Counted from the first letter of the whole stretch, positions 39,461 to 53,985 are shown. The stretch: DNA of 63,244 nucleotides, filler included, from Octopus bimaculoides (GCF_001194135.2; 4 parts of 4 records of this genome joined end to end with filler, not necessarily neighbours in it); one strand, 5' to 3'. Notes: a model not told the origin generated them from the letters alone. Translations and numbers: made by a program.

Positions 39461-41534
39461 TGAGTGCTTTTAATGTATTACACGAGTGCAAGGTTTATTT
39501 TTTGCAACAAAGAGCAATCTATGCGACAATTTATTTGAAAATAAATTTTTAAATACATTTTATATTTGATAAAATAAAACTCATAAAAACTGTTGATGTG
39601 TCATAACAACTTTTATATCTTATTTAATGTTACCATAAATCATAAAACAGAGAAAATTTCTAACCTAATGTGTTTTTCCTAAGTTTAGATGGCAGGGCTT
39701 GATTTGACTGTCATTTCAAGCAGATCGTTGGCTCACATAATGACATTACTAATATAGATCTACTTCGTAAAACGTACTTAATGACATTCATAAATGGGAA
39801 GGGTTATAAATATATCAACACCAGAAATATTATTGACGCATATTTTATAAAACTTCCAAACACAAATAAACATGGGAGACACAATATGATCACATGACCT
39901 GCTAGAAACAGCAACAAAAAAAAAACTTCCTTAAAATTATATTAAATTATCTTTAATAATATAAAAAAAAGGGAAGGACACTTCAGCTAATGAAGTAGTT
40001 TTAGATAGAGATAATGACCGGATGTTTATCAGTGGGGTTAATGAGTGCATTACGTTTATCTCGCAAAAGTGTAAATGGATATGTGAGATAAGTGTAACAG
40101 GATTGGGAAGTGGTTACATAATTGGGTAAGCACGTGTGTTTATAAATAAGCATGTGTGTATGTTTATAAATATGTATATGAGTATGGTTAACATTATCAA
40201 CATTAGCATCGTTTTAATATCTCATATTTCCATGTTTACATGAGTCATTTCATTAAGCCAGATTTTCTATGGCTGGATGCCCCCTTCTTGTTGCGAATTT
40301 CTGCCTGTTCACTAGCGTAGTAATATTTCCCTGTGGTCAGACGTGTTGGGAAAAATGATGCTTGCTTCCAGCCATCATGTGGCAACAAGATAAGAGGAGA
40401 CACTTACACACACACACAGCAAGGTTCTTTCAGTTTCCAGTGATCAAACCCACTTATAAGATTTTGCTTGGCTCATTAGAAGTCACTTCCCAAAGATGCT
40501 GTGCTGTGTGAGATGTGTGTGTGTGTATGTGTGTGTATAAAATGAAACTTCGAAGTTACTGTCAATAAAATTCTTGTTTAAGAATAATAAGCTTGTACTC
40601 TACAAAAGTATAGAGAACCCATCAGATTAATGTAAAATTGTTTTATTATAACTGAACATAAAACAAACACTGTTATATNNNNNNNNNNNNNNNNNNNNNN
40701 NNNNNNNNNNNNNNNNNNNNNNNNNNNNNNNNNNNNNNNNNNNNNNNNNNNNNNNNNNNNNNNNNNNNNNNNNNNNNNNNNNNNNNNNNNNNNNNNNNNN
40801 NNNNNNNNNNNNNNNNNNNNNNNNNNNNNNNNNNNNNNNNNNNNNNNNNNNNNNNNNNNNNNNNNNNNNNNNNNNNNNNNNNNNNNNNNNNNNNNNNNNN
40901 NNNNNNNNNNNNNNNNNNNNNNNNNNNNNNNNNNNNNNNNNNNNNNNNNNNNNNNNNNNNNNNNNNNNNNNNNNNNNNNNNNNNNNNNNNNNNNNNNNNN
41001 NNNNNNNNNNNNNNNNNNNNNNNNNNNNNNNNNNNNNNNNNNNNNNNNNNNNNNNNNNNNNNNNNNNNNNNNNNNNNNNNNNNNNNNNNNNNNNNNNNNN
41101 NNNNNNNNNNNNNNNNNNNNNNNNNNNNNNNNNNNNNNNNNNNNNNNNNNNNNNNNNNNNNNNNNNNNNNNNNNNNNNNNNNNNNNNNNNNNNNNNNNNN
41201 NNNNNNNNNNNNNNNNNNNNNNNNNNNNNNNNNNNNNNNNNNNNNNNNNNNNNNNNNNNNNNNNNNNNNNNNNNNNNNNNNNNNNNNNNNNNNNNNNNNN
41301 NNNNNNNNNNNNNNNNNNNNNNNNNNNNNNNNNNNNNNNNNNNNNNNNNNNNNNNNNNNNNNNNNNNNNNNNNNNNNNNNNNNNNNNNNNNNNNNNNNNN
41401 NNNNNNNNNNNNNNNNNNNNNNNNNNNNNNNNNNNNNNNNNNNNNNNNNNNNNNNNNNNNNNNNNNNNNNNNNNNNNNNNNNNNNNNNNNNNNNNNNNNN
41501 NNNNNNNNNNNNNNNNNNNNNNNNNNNNNNNNCA

Positions 41535-41760
41535 GCTATCCTCCTCCATTCTCACCACATGTCCATACCAGCGCAATCGTCTCGCACGCCACAACTGATG
41601 CTTCTAATGTTCAGCTTTTCTCTCAAGATACTTACACTCTGACGGGTATTCACATTGACATTACACATCCAACGGAGCATACTGGCTTCATTCCTTGCGA
41701 GCTTACGTATGTCCTCAGCAGTTACAGCCCATGTTTCACTGCCATGTAGCATGGTTATAC
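41535..41760 (-). mobile_element. RTE-clade LINE RT C-terminal fragment
   Basis: MLHGSETWAV..RNEASMLRWMCNV..RRLRWYGHVVRMEEDS. Confidence 0.88.
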
Positions 41761-42557
41761 ACACACACAAACACAAAAACACAGTAGTAAGATACTGTGC
41801 AAAAGATTAGTGTCTCTCCAAGCCTCTGAAAATATATTTGTTTGCATGAGTGTCCAAAATGAAAAGTGGACATATCAGTGGGTGTATATTAGGTGTGGTT
41901 GTCTGTACTCAAAAGCGGACTGTATATACAAGTGCAGTTGCTTTTTTTATTATTCACATTTGATTGATGAATTAACCAGAGGAAGTAAAGCAGTAACAAT
42001 GACCTTTATGACTATGGTAGGGCCTCTGAAACAGGGTGTGGGTGTGAGAAGAGCGAAAGCCTGGCGTATCAGGTAAAAGCCCTCCAATGGACTCACACAC
42101 ATTTTCTGGTAACCCAGCTTTATTGAAAAGGTTTTGGTTGACTTGTCACATTGCTGTTATGGTCAGAGATACTTACCCAAGGTGCTACACATAAGCATTG
42201 AACTTAATCCATGAGATTGCAAAATAAACTTCTTAACCATACAGCCATGCTTGCCCACCCAATATTACTCAGGAAGTCAAGAGCAAAAAAAAACATAAAA
42301 GGAACAAGGAAAAGGAAAGAATGAATTGATATGAAATCAAGGTGTAGGTGTGTGGTTTTGTTGTCAAGAAATTGCTTCTCAACTGTATGGTTCTGGGATC
42401 AGTCAAACAGCAAAATACTGTGCATAAGTATCTTCTACTAGAGCCCTGGGCTAACAGAAGCCTTGTGAGTGAATTTGGTTGATGGAAATTGAAAGAAGCT
42501 CATCATATATGCATGTGTGTGTGTGTGTATAAAATGAAACTTCATGGTTATCATTAT

Positions 42558-42714
42558 AGGAGTGGCTGTGTGGTAAGTAGCTTGCTTACCAACCACATGG
42601 TTCCGGGTTCAGTCCCACTGCGTGACATCTTCGGCAAATGTCTTCTACTATAGCCTCAGGCCGACCGAAGCCTTGTGAGTGGATTTGGTAGATAGAAACT
42701 GAAAGAAGCCCGTC

Positions 42715-42791
<77 letters not shown>

Positions 42792-42980
42792 TCCCACTAG
42801 CATTGCTTGACAAATGATGCTAGTGTGTTTATGTCCCCGTCACTTAGTGGTTCGGCAAAATAGACCGATAGAATAAGTACTAGGCTTACAAAGAATAAGT
42901 CCTGGGGTCGATTTGCTTGACTAAAGGCAGTGTTCCAACATGGCCTCAGCCTAATGACTGAAACAAGTGAAGGATAAAAG
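42558..42980 (+). mobile_element. Family A SINE, full length, low divergence
   Basis: ggagtggctgtgtggtaagtagc...(AT)n(GT)n...gactgaaacaagtgaagga. An older head half lies at 42345-42510. Confidence 0.92.
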
Positions 42981-43192
42981 ATGAGTACAATTAACAGGAC
43001 AAAGAGAGCAAAATTTTTCCCTTTTCTCTCTTTATTTATAATTTAAAAATGGTTATTTTTTCTTTTCAATTTCCAGCGTCTCAGTAATTTTTGCTATTGA
43101 ATCTCCAGGGTTCCATGATGTCAAAAAAAAAAAAACTGAGAACCATGGGTAGTGAATCAATATTTATCAAATTTCTCTGGTAAATTTACCTA

Positions 43193-43235
<43 letters not shown>

Positions 43236-43793
43236 GAAAGAGACAGACAGACAGACAGATAGATAGATAGAGTAGTAATCTGTCTGAAGAGAATTTCTCT
43301 CCAATCAGATTAACACCATAGGAAATAAAATTGATAAGCATTGTTATACTGGGTTATTGTAGTTCATAAAGTTATATCAATTCATCACTGACATTTATTT
43401 CAAGTGAATGGGAAATAAAGTGTATGTCATGTGAAATGACTTGAGTGGAAAAGGTATTGGCTTACCAACTCATAGCACACAAATTCAGATCCAGTACACT
43501 CATCCCTCTGCATATTTGAGCAACACTCCCAAATTTTTCATGGTTCAGTTCATCTTGATGCTGAGAATAGCTATGAAATCTTCAAAGGAATTTTCTCTGT
43601 ACTAGACAAGTGGCCCCAGGACTTGTCTCCTGTACTTGCCAAAATGATTAAAATAATATTAAGTCACTGTGCTAATGTTGTTTTTTCATTACCGAATAAT
43701 TATCTTTAATTAATTCCATGATGGTGACTATTAATTATGTTAACACTAGCTTAACATACAAAGAGAGTTTAACTGTTTAATACATTTACATAC

Positions 43794-43865
43794 TATGGAA
43801 GAAGCTGGGATAAGCTCTGGCTTTGAAGAGTCTCGTGAAATCCTGGTAGTGTTTAAAATGATTTT
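43794..43865 (-). CDS. Candidate 72-nt exon (NHFKHYQDFTRLFKARAYPSFFH or KIILNTTRISRDSSKPELIPASSI)
   Basis: Minus-strand acceptor atatttcttattttattcag and GTATGT donor; two open frames in unique sequence. No homology recognised. Confidence 0.27.
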
Positions 43866-44133
43866 CTGAATAAAATAAGAAATATGCCCAGGTGCCAAAA
43901 ACAAAAAGCTGGTGCTACGAAAAAAAAAAAAAAGGATTTCAGTACACTCTGTCTATCCATCCATCTATCGACCTGTCCTTCTGTCTATCTATTCTACCCT
44001 TCTATCTATCTATTGGTCTGCCCTTCTGTCTATCTGTTCTGCCCTTCTATCTATCTATTGACCTATCTATCTATTGACCTGCCCTTCTGTCCATCTACTT
44101 ATTTCTCTACCTACATCCATATCCATAAATCTT

Positions 44134-44510
44134 TTATTATTTCCGCCTTACTGAAGGTAGAGGTGTTGTTTTCAGTTGTGTTTCTTTGTTCGTTTGTCCG
44201 TGGACAAGATATCTTAAGAACCACTGGATGGATTCGGATGAAACTTTCATGGATGTTTGGCCTCATGACTGGCACAGACTAATTAGATTTTGGGGTTGAT
44301 CCAGTACTGGACAAGGATTCTGGATTATCTTTCCTGTTCTTTTTTTACTTAATTTTTGCGAGTGGTCGGATTCATATTTAGTATTCTCATTTGTGAGAGC
44401 AGTTGAGTATATTTCAGATATTCTCATTTTTAAAATCATCTCTGGCTAATAATTGAAAGAACGATGGTGTTGTCTTGGTGGAGGTTTGCACTCTCTGATT
44501 GCTCTTGTTA
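44134..44510 (+). mobile_element. Non-autonomous Helitron/Helentron-associated (HINE-like) element
   Basis: ttattatttccgcc start, gtttgtccg microsatellite-like block, actggatggattcggatgaaactt core, and ggtggaggtttgcactctctgattgctcttgtta end with a subterminal inverted repeat. Confidence 0.65.
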
Positions 44511-45584
44511 TCCGTAATCTCATTTTTTTCACTTCGTATTATATTTTATCTTATTTTATTTTGATCTATTTTATGTCACTCTGTAAAGTGGTTGGCATTA
44601 GGAAGGGCATCCAGTTATAGAAATAGTGCCAAAGCAGACATTTGAACAAGATTCAGTCATCCAACTCATCAGATCTGGTTAAACCAACCAATGCATGCCA
44701 GCATGGAAGATGAACATTAAACGATGATGATGATGTGTTAGCATGGTTATAAGCTTAAACATAATACATATGATTGTATGAAGGGATGGATGAATGAATG
44801 AATGGACAGACAGACAGAAAGGCAGACAGACAGATAAATGTATTAAGTGAGGGTGAGATAAACTATATCAAAATTGCTGTAATACAGTATCCATTGATTT
44901 GATGATTCTCCAGGAAGAATTTCTGAATAATGACAATATAACATTCTTAATCATCCATGAATACTCTGTGTGTGTGTGTGAATGTGTGTGTGAGTGTATT
45001 TGTGTGTGTGTGTGATATATAAGTTTGAGCATGCAAGTGCCTGCATGAACATCTATGAATACGCTGTATTTAGATGTAGCTATGGTAGCCAAACAGCCAC
45101 TGTTTGAGATAAATATGATTATCATCGGACCACTTAGTCTAATCTTGGTTTCTCATTATATTAGCTTGAATGGTTTCTTGGTAACTGTATCCTTTAAAAA
45201 GACAAACTCACTCAAGTCTAATCATGAAGTGATATTGCTTGGCTTGAAGAATGATACTTTCATTATCAATTCAGCTCACAGTTAAAATGAAATAAACAAT
45301 AAATATTAAATGAAGCCTGCGCTTTTTTTTGTTTTTTTTTGTTAAGTATAGAAGAGAAGAGACAGTGAGAGCTAAATTTCTAAATGCTGAGAATGAGGTC
45401 AGCTGATGCTGTCAAGTGATGGTTGGTTGGTACTTAAGAAGGGTTTGGTTTGTTGGTCTTGAGATGAGAATTGCTTCATAAGCACCAAGCAGTGATAGGT
45501 GAATTTCAATAAATTTCGTGATTTGTACAATATAAATCAAATCAAAGTAATTTAGGTTTACTAGACAATTAAGATGTATTTTTC

Positions 45585-45910
45585 TGCTTCAGTCCCACTG
45601 CACAGTACCTTCAGAAAGAGTCTTCCAGTACAGCTTGGGGGCCTACCAATGCCTTGTAATTGAAGTTGGTACATGGAAACTGTGTGGAAGCCCAATCGCA
45701 CGTGCACATGTGTGTATGTATATCTGTTTGTGTGGCTGTGTTTGTGCTTGTCTCCCCAACTGACTTCCCTTGACAACTGGAGTTGGTTTGTTAATGTCCA
45801 CATAACTTTTGCAGTTTCAGCAAAAGAGATGATAAAATAAGTACCAGACTTAAAAAGTAAGTACTGGGGTCAATTTGTCTGACTAAACACCCTTCAAGGC
45901 AGTGCCCCAG
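45585..45910 (+). mobile_element. Family A SINE, diverged
   Basis: Partial head and tail. Confidence 0.75.
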
Positions 45911-46108
45911 GAGGGGAGGTCATTTAGTTCCCATTGAAAATTACTAGTTTAAGAAACAGAAGCACTCATACACACACAAAATAAGATCAATAATCTCAGA
46001 CGAGCAATCACGCATTTAGAAATCTAGAATTTAAGTAAATAAATTTTGTGTATGTTATTAAGAACATATCTATGTGCAGAGTAATGTTTGCAACAAGCCT
46101 TTTCTCTT

Positions 46109-46141
46109 TTTCAGCCAGCTAAGCCTTCATCAGAGTAATAC
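46109..46141 (-). ncRNA. Decayed hammerhead-like core in a PLE-type repeat
   Basis: Minus strand CTGATGA-AGGCTTAGCTGGCT-GAAA. The adjacent sequence 46140-46228 is homologous to 40580-40678. Confidence 0.35.
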
Positions 46142-46287
46142 ATTTGTACTTTACAAAAGTATAGAGTAATCCATCAGATTAAAGCAAAATTGCTTTTGTT
46201 ATAACAGAACATAAAAACAAACATTAATACATACATGCATAGATAGATAGATAGATAGATAGATACACACACACATACATACATACA

Positions 46288-46318
<31 letters not shown>

Positions 46319-46323
46319 GTATA

Positions 46324-47578
46324 CAGAGTGCATAAGGTATTTGAGGACATACAGTTTTTGGGTCATTGCTGCATTTTTTGCTCACTCTGTATAATCTTTG
46401 TTTCAGAAAATAATAATGGCAGATCCTCAGCTTACTCAAGAAATGAAGAGGCATGCTGTTATTGTGATTATAAAGGCTGAACATAGCAATTTAGAAATAT
46501 CTCAAGTTTTAAAAGTTATCAGATCTTTCATCTACAAAGTTTGTAAGGAGCTAGAGACTGAAGATGGAAACGTATCACCAGTATCAAAGCATAAAAAGCA
46601 TTCTAAATGCACTGAAATCATCAGAGCACCTGAATTTATCCAGCAAGTTCAACAGACCATTGATTACAATCCCAGAAAGTCCATGAGGTCAATTGCAAAA
46701 GATCTCTATGTATCAGAAGGAACAGTCAGAAATGTTGTCCACGAAGACATCAGATATAAGTCGTATATGATGAGGAAAGGTCAATTTGTCAGAAAAAGCA
46801 AAAGAAAATCACTACATCACACCTAAAAGGGTCTTAAGCAAACTGAAAAATCCAGCGGAAGAAGATTTGATTTGGTTTTTCTCAAGCGAGAAAAACTTCA
46901 ACCAAGATCAAAAAGTTAACAGAAGAAATGACACATGGTTATGTGCAGGTCCTTCTGAAGTTCCAAGGGTTATACATATAAAATTTTCTGCAACTGTCAT
47001 GGTTTTAGGGGTTGTCAGCAATGAAGGACATGTGATGCCTCCTTACTTCTTTCCACAAAGCCTTAGAGTTAGCTCAGCTGCCTACATTGAGGTCCTGGAA
47101 ATAATTGTTAAGCTTTGGATAGACAGTGTATGCAATGGAAGGCCATATGCATTGTTTGTAAGACTCTGCACTAGCACACATGGCTCTAGTAACACAAGAA
47201 TGGATGGTTGAAAAGTTTCATGATCACATAACCCCTAACATTTGGCCTTCTAATTCCCCAGATCTCAATCCATTGGACTATTACATGTCGAGCGTTGTTG
47301 AGAGACAGGTCAATGAACACGTTCATGGCACCAAAGATTCTATGAAAGCTGCCATAGTTCAAAATAAACCAGGACCATTTGATTCGAGCATGTAGATGAT
47401 TTAGATCTCACATAGAAGCAGTTGTTGAAGCTGAAAGAAGCTTTATTGAATAATATTATAGAAAAGAAGGTTTATTTTTATCCTCATAGCATTTTTTGAT
47501 AAATAAAGTTATTATCTATTATTATATATCTGTTTTTTTATAACCATAAATCTGCCCTCAAATATCTTATGCACCCTG
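46324..47578 (+). mobile_element. Tc1/mariner superfamily, DD37D (maT) family element, 1255 bp
   Basis: TA-flanked TIRs cagagtgcataaggtatttgaggaca / tgccctcaaatatcttatgcaccctg. The transposase is spread over three overlapping ORFs. Confidence 0.93.
46416..47395 (+). pseudogene. DD37D/maT transposase with two frameshifts
   Basis: HTH region (PRKSMRSIAKDLYVSEGTVRNVVHED), WFFSSEKNF (first D changed to S), D-SALAH...WPSNSPDLNPL-D with 37 residues counted between the second and third D. Frameshifts near 46790 and 47160. Confidence 0.9.
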
Positions 47579-47614
<36 letters not shown>

Positions 47615-47658
47615 TATATATATATATCTATATATTCATACACACACACACACATATA

Positions 47659-47873
47659 TATCTATATGTACATAAACACACACACACACACACACATATC
47701 TATATGTACATAAACACACACACACACACACACACACATATCTATATGTACATAAACACACACACACACACACACATATCTATATGTACATAAACACACA
47801 CACACACACACACACACACATATCTATATGTACATAAACACACACACACACACACACATCTATATGTACATAA

Positions 47874-47891
<18 letters not shown>
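47659..47891. repeat. Compound minisatellite: TATCTATATGTACATAAA + variable (CA)n, six units
   Basis: Units start at 47659, 47697, 47739, 47777, 47821 and about 47858. Confidence 0.93.
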
Positions 47892-47934
<43 letters not shown>

Positions 47935-48064
47935 CATATATATATATATGTATACACATATGCATATATACATATATATACACACACATGCATATATCTA
48001 TATCTATATATATATATATATATATACATATATATGGAAAGCAGACGTTAAACGATAAACACAC

Positions 48065-48290
48065 ATATTCTTTTATTCTTTTATTTGTTTCAGTCATTTG
48101 ACTGCAGCCATGCTGGATCATCGCCTTTAGTTGAACAAATTGACCCTAGGACTTACTCTTTGTAAGCCTAGTACTTATTCTATCGGTCTCTTTTGCCAAA
48201 CTGCTAAGTTATGGGGAGGTAAACACACCAGTATCGGTTGTCAAGCGATGGTGTTGGGGACAAACACCGACACACAAACATATATATATA
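48065..48290 (-). mobile_element. Family A SINE tail half
   Basis: Colinear with the tail of 899-1319. Confidence 0.88.
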
Positions 48291-48748
48291 TATATATATA
48301 TACATACATACACCAGGCTTTACATGCATTAGTCATTTAGTTTGTGAGAGTAGTGAATATGCACCAACAAAATACATGTACAGTGGCAGCGCTGTGAATC
48401 AGTAAGCCTGTCTGTACATCTACATGAAATTAACAAGCATCCTTTCAGGAGAATAAACATTTAAATGTACGTATAAAATATGAAGTTATAACGATCTTTA
48501 TGTAAATGATATTGATCTGTAGCACTGGCACAAGGTCACAAATTTGTACGGAAGTGAGTGGAGTCAATTAAATTGAATCCAGAACATGACTGCTATGTAT
48601 TTTATGGATATTAGTGGAATGAAAAACAAAAATATCATATATGCACACATATCTGTCAATCTGGATGTCTATTTATAAAACTATATCTTTCTATGTATAT
48701 TTATAATATCCATGTATGTAGGTATTTTTGTAGGTACATGTGTGTCTA

Positions 48749-48793
<45 letters not shown>

Positions 48794-49736
48794 ACACATA
48801 CACCAGCATGTATGTGTGTATATAATGTATATACATAAATATATATTACAGAATTATATATACATAAATGTATACACACAAAACACAGATAGCTAGAATG
48901 ATGGAAAGATAGATATTTATATACACACGTGTACAAAAACATACACACATGCATCTACATATATGCATACATACACACACATTTATGTATGTAAGCACAT
49001 ACACACACTTTTATACATGTATGCACACACACACATTTATATATGCATGCACACACACACATTTATATATGTATGCACATACACACACACACACGTGTGT
49101 GTGTGTGAAGTATCAATATGTTAGAGACATTAAGAATGTCAGTTAGTTCATCTTTTGAAAACATTTTTCATGCTCAAAATTGTTGAAGCATAGAACAAAC
49201 TATTTGCATCAGTTCTTAGATATCGGGACACAATTTCCTTTAAAAATTTGCCAACACCACCCCTGACATACCTGAGCACCCTTTTCTTTTTATGGCTCTT
49301 TTGCTGTCTCAGGTTTTATCCTGTGTACCGTGCTGGCACTTTTGGTTATCATTGATGTCTGTCTTTACTGGCCTTATTACTACTTTCTGGACCCACTTTT
49401 ACCTTTTCTGATGAGCTGTAGCACACCTGAGCACGTTATATGCTAAGGGGCCATAGCAGATGAAATTTGCTCAAGATGCCATCCAGTGGGACTGAACCTG
49501 GAACCACATAGCTGAGAAATGAATTTCTTAAACAAGTGTGTTTGCATGTGTGTCTATTTATGTGCATGTATATATAGACATATACACACACATACACACT
49601 CATATAAATACATAGACATACACACACAGAAATATACAGATATATGTACACATACAGAAATACATAGACATAATTATATACTTACATTCACATATGCCTT
49701 TCAGATTCACATACAGTTTAAAAATACATAGGCAGG

Positions 49737-49776
<40 letters not shown>

Positions 49777-50152
49777 TACAACATGTACACACATACATAT
49801 GCATATATATATATATACATATATTCAAGCATACAAATACACACATGCAAATATATATATATATATATGTATAATATTTTGTGCGTATAAATAGATCTCT
49901 ACTACTAATTTTCCTATATATAAACACATGTTTGTATGTATAATATTTTGTTTGATTTTGGTCGAGTCAGTCTCTTCCAATTTTGAGTTTCACCAGTAAG
50001 TGTGCAGGATCTTCCGGCAGGTTGTGACCGACTCAACCAAAATAAAATAAATCATTTACTTCTATTTTGGTACTGAGTACTCTTTTTCACAACAGTTAAT
50101 GCTTAATGAGTATACACACACGCACATATATACATATGTGTATATATAAGGA

Positions 50153-50472
50153 GCGCTCCGTCAGTTACGGCGAAGAGGGTGCCAGCTGATACAATCAACA
50201 AAACAGCTTACTCGTGAAATTAACATGCAAGTGGCTGAGCACTCCACAGACAGGTGTACCCTTAATGTAGTTCTCAGGGAGATTCAGCGTGACACAGAGA
50301 GTGACAAGGCCAGCCCTTTGAAATACAGGTACTACTCATTTTTGCCAGCTGAGTGAACTGGAGCAACTTGAAACAAAGTGTCTTGCTCAAGGACACAATA
50401 CAACACCAGGAATTGAACTCATGACCTTACAATCGTGAACCGAATGCCCTAACCACTGAGCCACATGCCCTC
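50153..50472 (-). mobile_element. Family C SINE
   Basis: Reverse complement colinear with 4099-4416. Confidence 0.88.
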
Positions 50473-50719
50473 TCTTTCTTTTGTGGGCATTCAAGTTATA
50501 TTTATTGTTATCTTTTAATTGTTTGTTTTGTTCTCTTTTTTGTGTGTGCTTTTGGTTGCTGCTCCTTCCTTCCATGATATATATATATATATATATATAC
50601 ACATACACATACATATATACATACATATATACATTCATACGTACATACATATATACATACATATATACATACATACATATATACATATATACATATATAC
50701 ATACGTAACATATATACAT

Positions 50720-50930
50720 ACATACATACGTGGCCGTTTTCGTGCGGGTGACACGTAAAAGCACCCACTACACTCTCTGAGTGGTTGGCGTTAGGAAGGG
50801 CATCCAGCTGTAGAAACTCTGCCAAATCAGACTGGAGCCTGGTGTTGCCATCCGGTTTCACCAGTCCTCAGTCAAATCGTCCAACCCATGCTAGCATGGA
50901 AAGCGGACGTTAAACGATGATGATGATGAT
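50720..50930 (+). mobile_element. Family E element, low divergence
   Basis: gtaaaagcacccactacactctctgagtggttggcgttaggaagggcatccagc...gttaaacgatgatgatgatg. Confidence 0.88.
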
Positions 50931-52709
50931 ATATATGTATATACATATATACACACACACACACACACATATATATACACACATTCATTTATGCATATAC
51001 ATACATATATACACACATATATATATGCACACATTCATTTATGCATATACATACATATGTATGTTCACGCATATGTATACATACATACCTGCATGCACAC
51101 ACACACACACACACACACACACCCACGCACACATGTACAAAATAGTTTAAAATAACCATGCCGATCACACCGCATTGCATGATACTAAAAGGAAAGAGAA
51201 AAAAATATCCCAGACGTTGCACACTTACAGCATACGTTTGCATGTGTGTGTGTGTATGTGTGTATGCGATGATGTAAAAGAACCTGGCGAAGCATGCATT
51301 TACTTCTCAATAAAATCCTCAAGTCACATTTTTAATTTTTATTTCTTCCCCATCTTTCCTTTTTATCCTTTTCATTCCATCCATTTTTAATTCCACTTTC
51401 TAAACACTGATGTCAAAATTGTAATTATAAGGTTAAAGAAAAAAAGAAAAAAAATTGTATACACGCACACACACACACACATACATACATACATACATAC
51501 ACACACATACATACATACACACACACACACATATCAGGAATATGAATTATGACAACGAAATACAACAAAAAAGTAACAAAACAAAGTGGTCTCTCTTTCT
51601 TTTGTGGTCATTCAAATTATAATTATTGTTATCTTTTAATTGTTTTTTTTTGTTCTCTTTTTTTTTGTGTGTGCTTTTGGTTTCTGCTACTTTCTTCCAT
51701 TTCTACCTCTCACCGTCATCTTATTCAATTCCACCAAAACATTGTGCCAAGTGAATGGTTTTGTTTTTGTTTTTTCTTTTTTTTTTGCTAATCAAATTAG
51801 CTTAAAACTTTACTTCAAAAGAAGTTTGCTGATATCCTTCCTTGTCTTGTTATTAAATCCCTATCACAGTTGTGATATTAAAATTTTGGCACAACATTTT
51901 ATTACATTTAAATTTTTGTTCCTTTTTCTTTCTGTTAAATCTTTGACCAAATAAATGAATTATTGATTGCCTTTTCTTTCAGAGTTGCTAACACTGACAA
52001 CAACGACAGCTACGACGGTGACGACAACAATGACAAAAACAACAACAACAACAACAAGTGCAGGGGCAGCAGCAGCAAATATAACAATGAAGAGTAGCAG
52101 CAGAAACTGCAACCATAGTGAAATAAAATAGTGATATTGGTTTAACCAATTTTATGTGTATCTTAGATTCAGGTATTCAACGAAAATGGCAGTTAGACTG
52201 ATGATTATGTAAAAATGATATTACAAGCTTTGTATCAATGCAGTAGTTATTGCTGTTGCTTTTGTCGTCATACCCTCTCACCACCACCTCAACCACCACC
52301 ACTACCATCACCATCATTGTCATCATCGTCATTGCTGTCGTGATAGTGAGGTTGCCAACGTTTATGATTGCCATAATATATTCTTATATAGACAGCTCAC
52401 TCAAGACTTGATTTTTACTCACAAAAGAGGGAATGATAAAGAATTATGAAATGTCAGAAAGAATGGAAGACTGAAGATTTTCCGAAAGTGAATAGGAATA
52501 AAATATGAATAGATATAATGATGTAGTAGAAGGTTAATTTGTGATTTAGTAGTTAGTTATCGAGGTGTAAGGAAGTGGGAGTTAATGGAACAACCACTTG
52601 AAAATACCCCAGGCCTAGACAGAGAAATAATGATGTCTTTAAGTGATTCTGCAAAAATGGTATCAAATAGGGTGACATGCATAAAACATTTGGACAACTT
52701 TATATATGT

Positions 52710-53265
<556 letters not shown>

Positions 53266-53587
53266 AGAAGGTATAATGTACTGTCTACCAACTTCTAAAT
53301 TCAGTCTGACGTATAATATAAATAAGTGCACTTGTTGAGAATCATAGTCTCTTAATTGGCTTAGCATCCCTTTACAAAGACGGACAAGCAAGTCACCCTG
53401 ATGTGTTTAAGCAATGAAACTTGAAGCAGTTATATTAATACTGTCAACAAAGTTCTCTGTATTCTATAACAAAATTATTTTAATATTCTAAGAATGTTGC
53501 TGTTCGTCCAAGCAATATAATATCTGACGAGTGAGGTCAAAACTATACAGACATATATATATGCACATGCACACACATATGTATACC

Positions 53588-53717
<130 letters not shown>

Positions 53718-53935
53718 CACACACGCACACATATATATATATATATAATGTATAGATGAAATGTATGTGTGTGTGTGTGTCTCTGTGTGTGTAGATGAAA
53801 TCTATACACTACATGAGCCATTTTATATAAAAAGTATAAATAAAAATGTCTCCTACAGTTTTGAAAATATGAAATATAAACACTGTTATATACACACACA
53901 AACAGACATAGCCTTACATGTATATTATATTGCAT

Positions 53936-53985
<50 letters not shown>

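Noticed and set aside
49290-49445. Hydrophobic ORF after a good acceptor (GFILCTVLALLVIIDVCLYW...)
   Set aside because: The hydrophobicity is explained by T-rich composition; there is no homology or supporting upstream exon.
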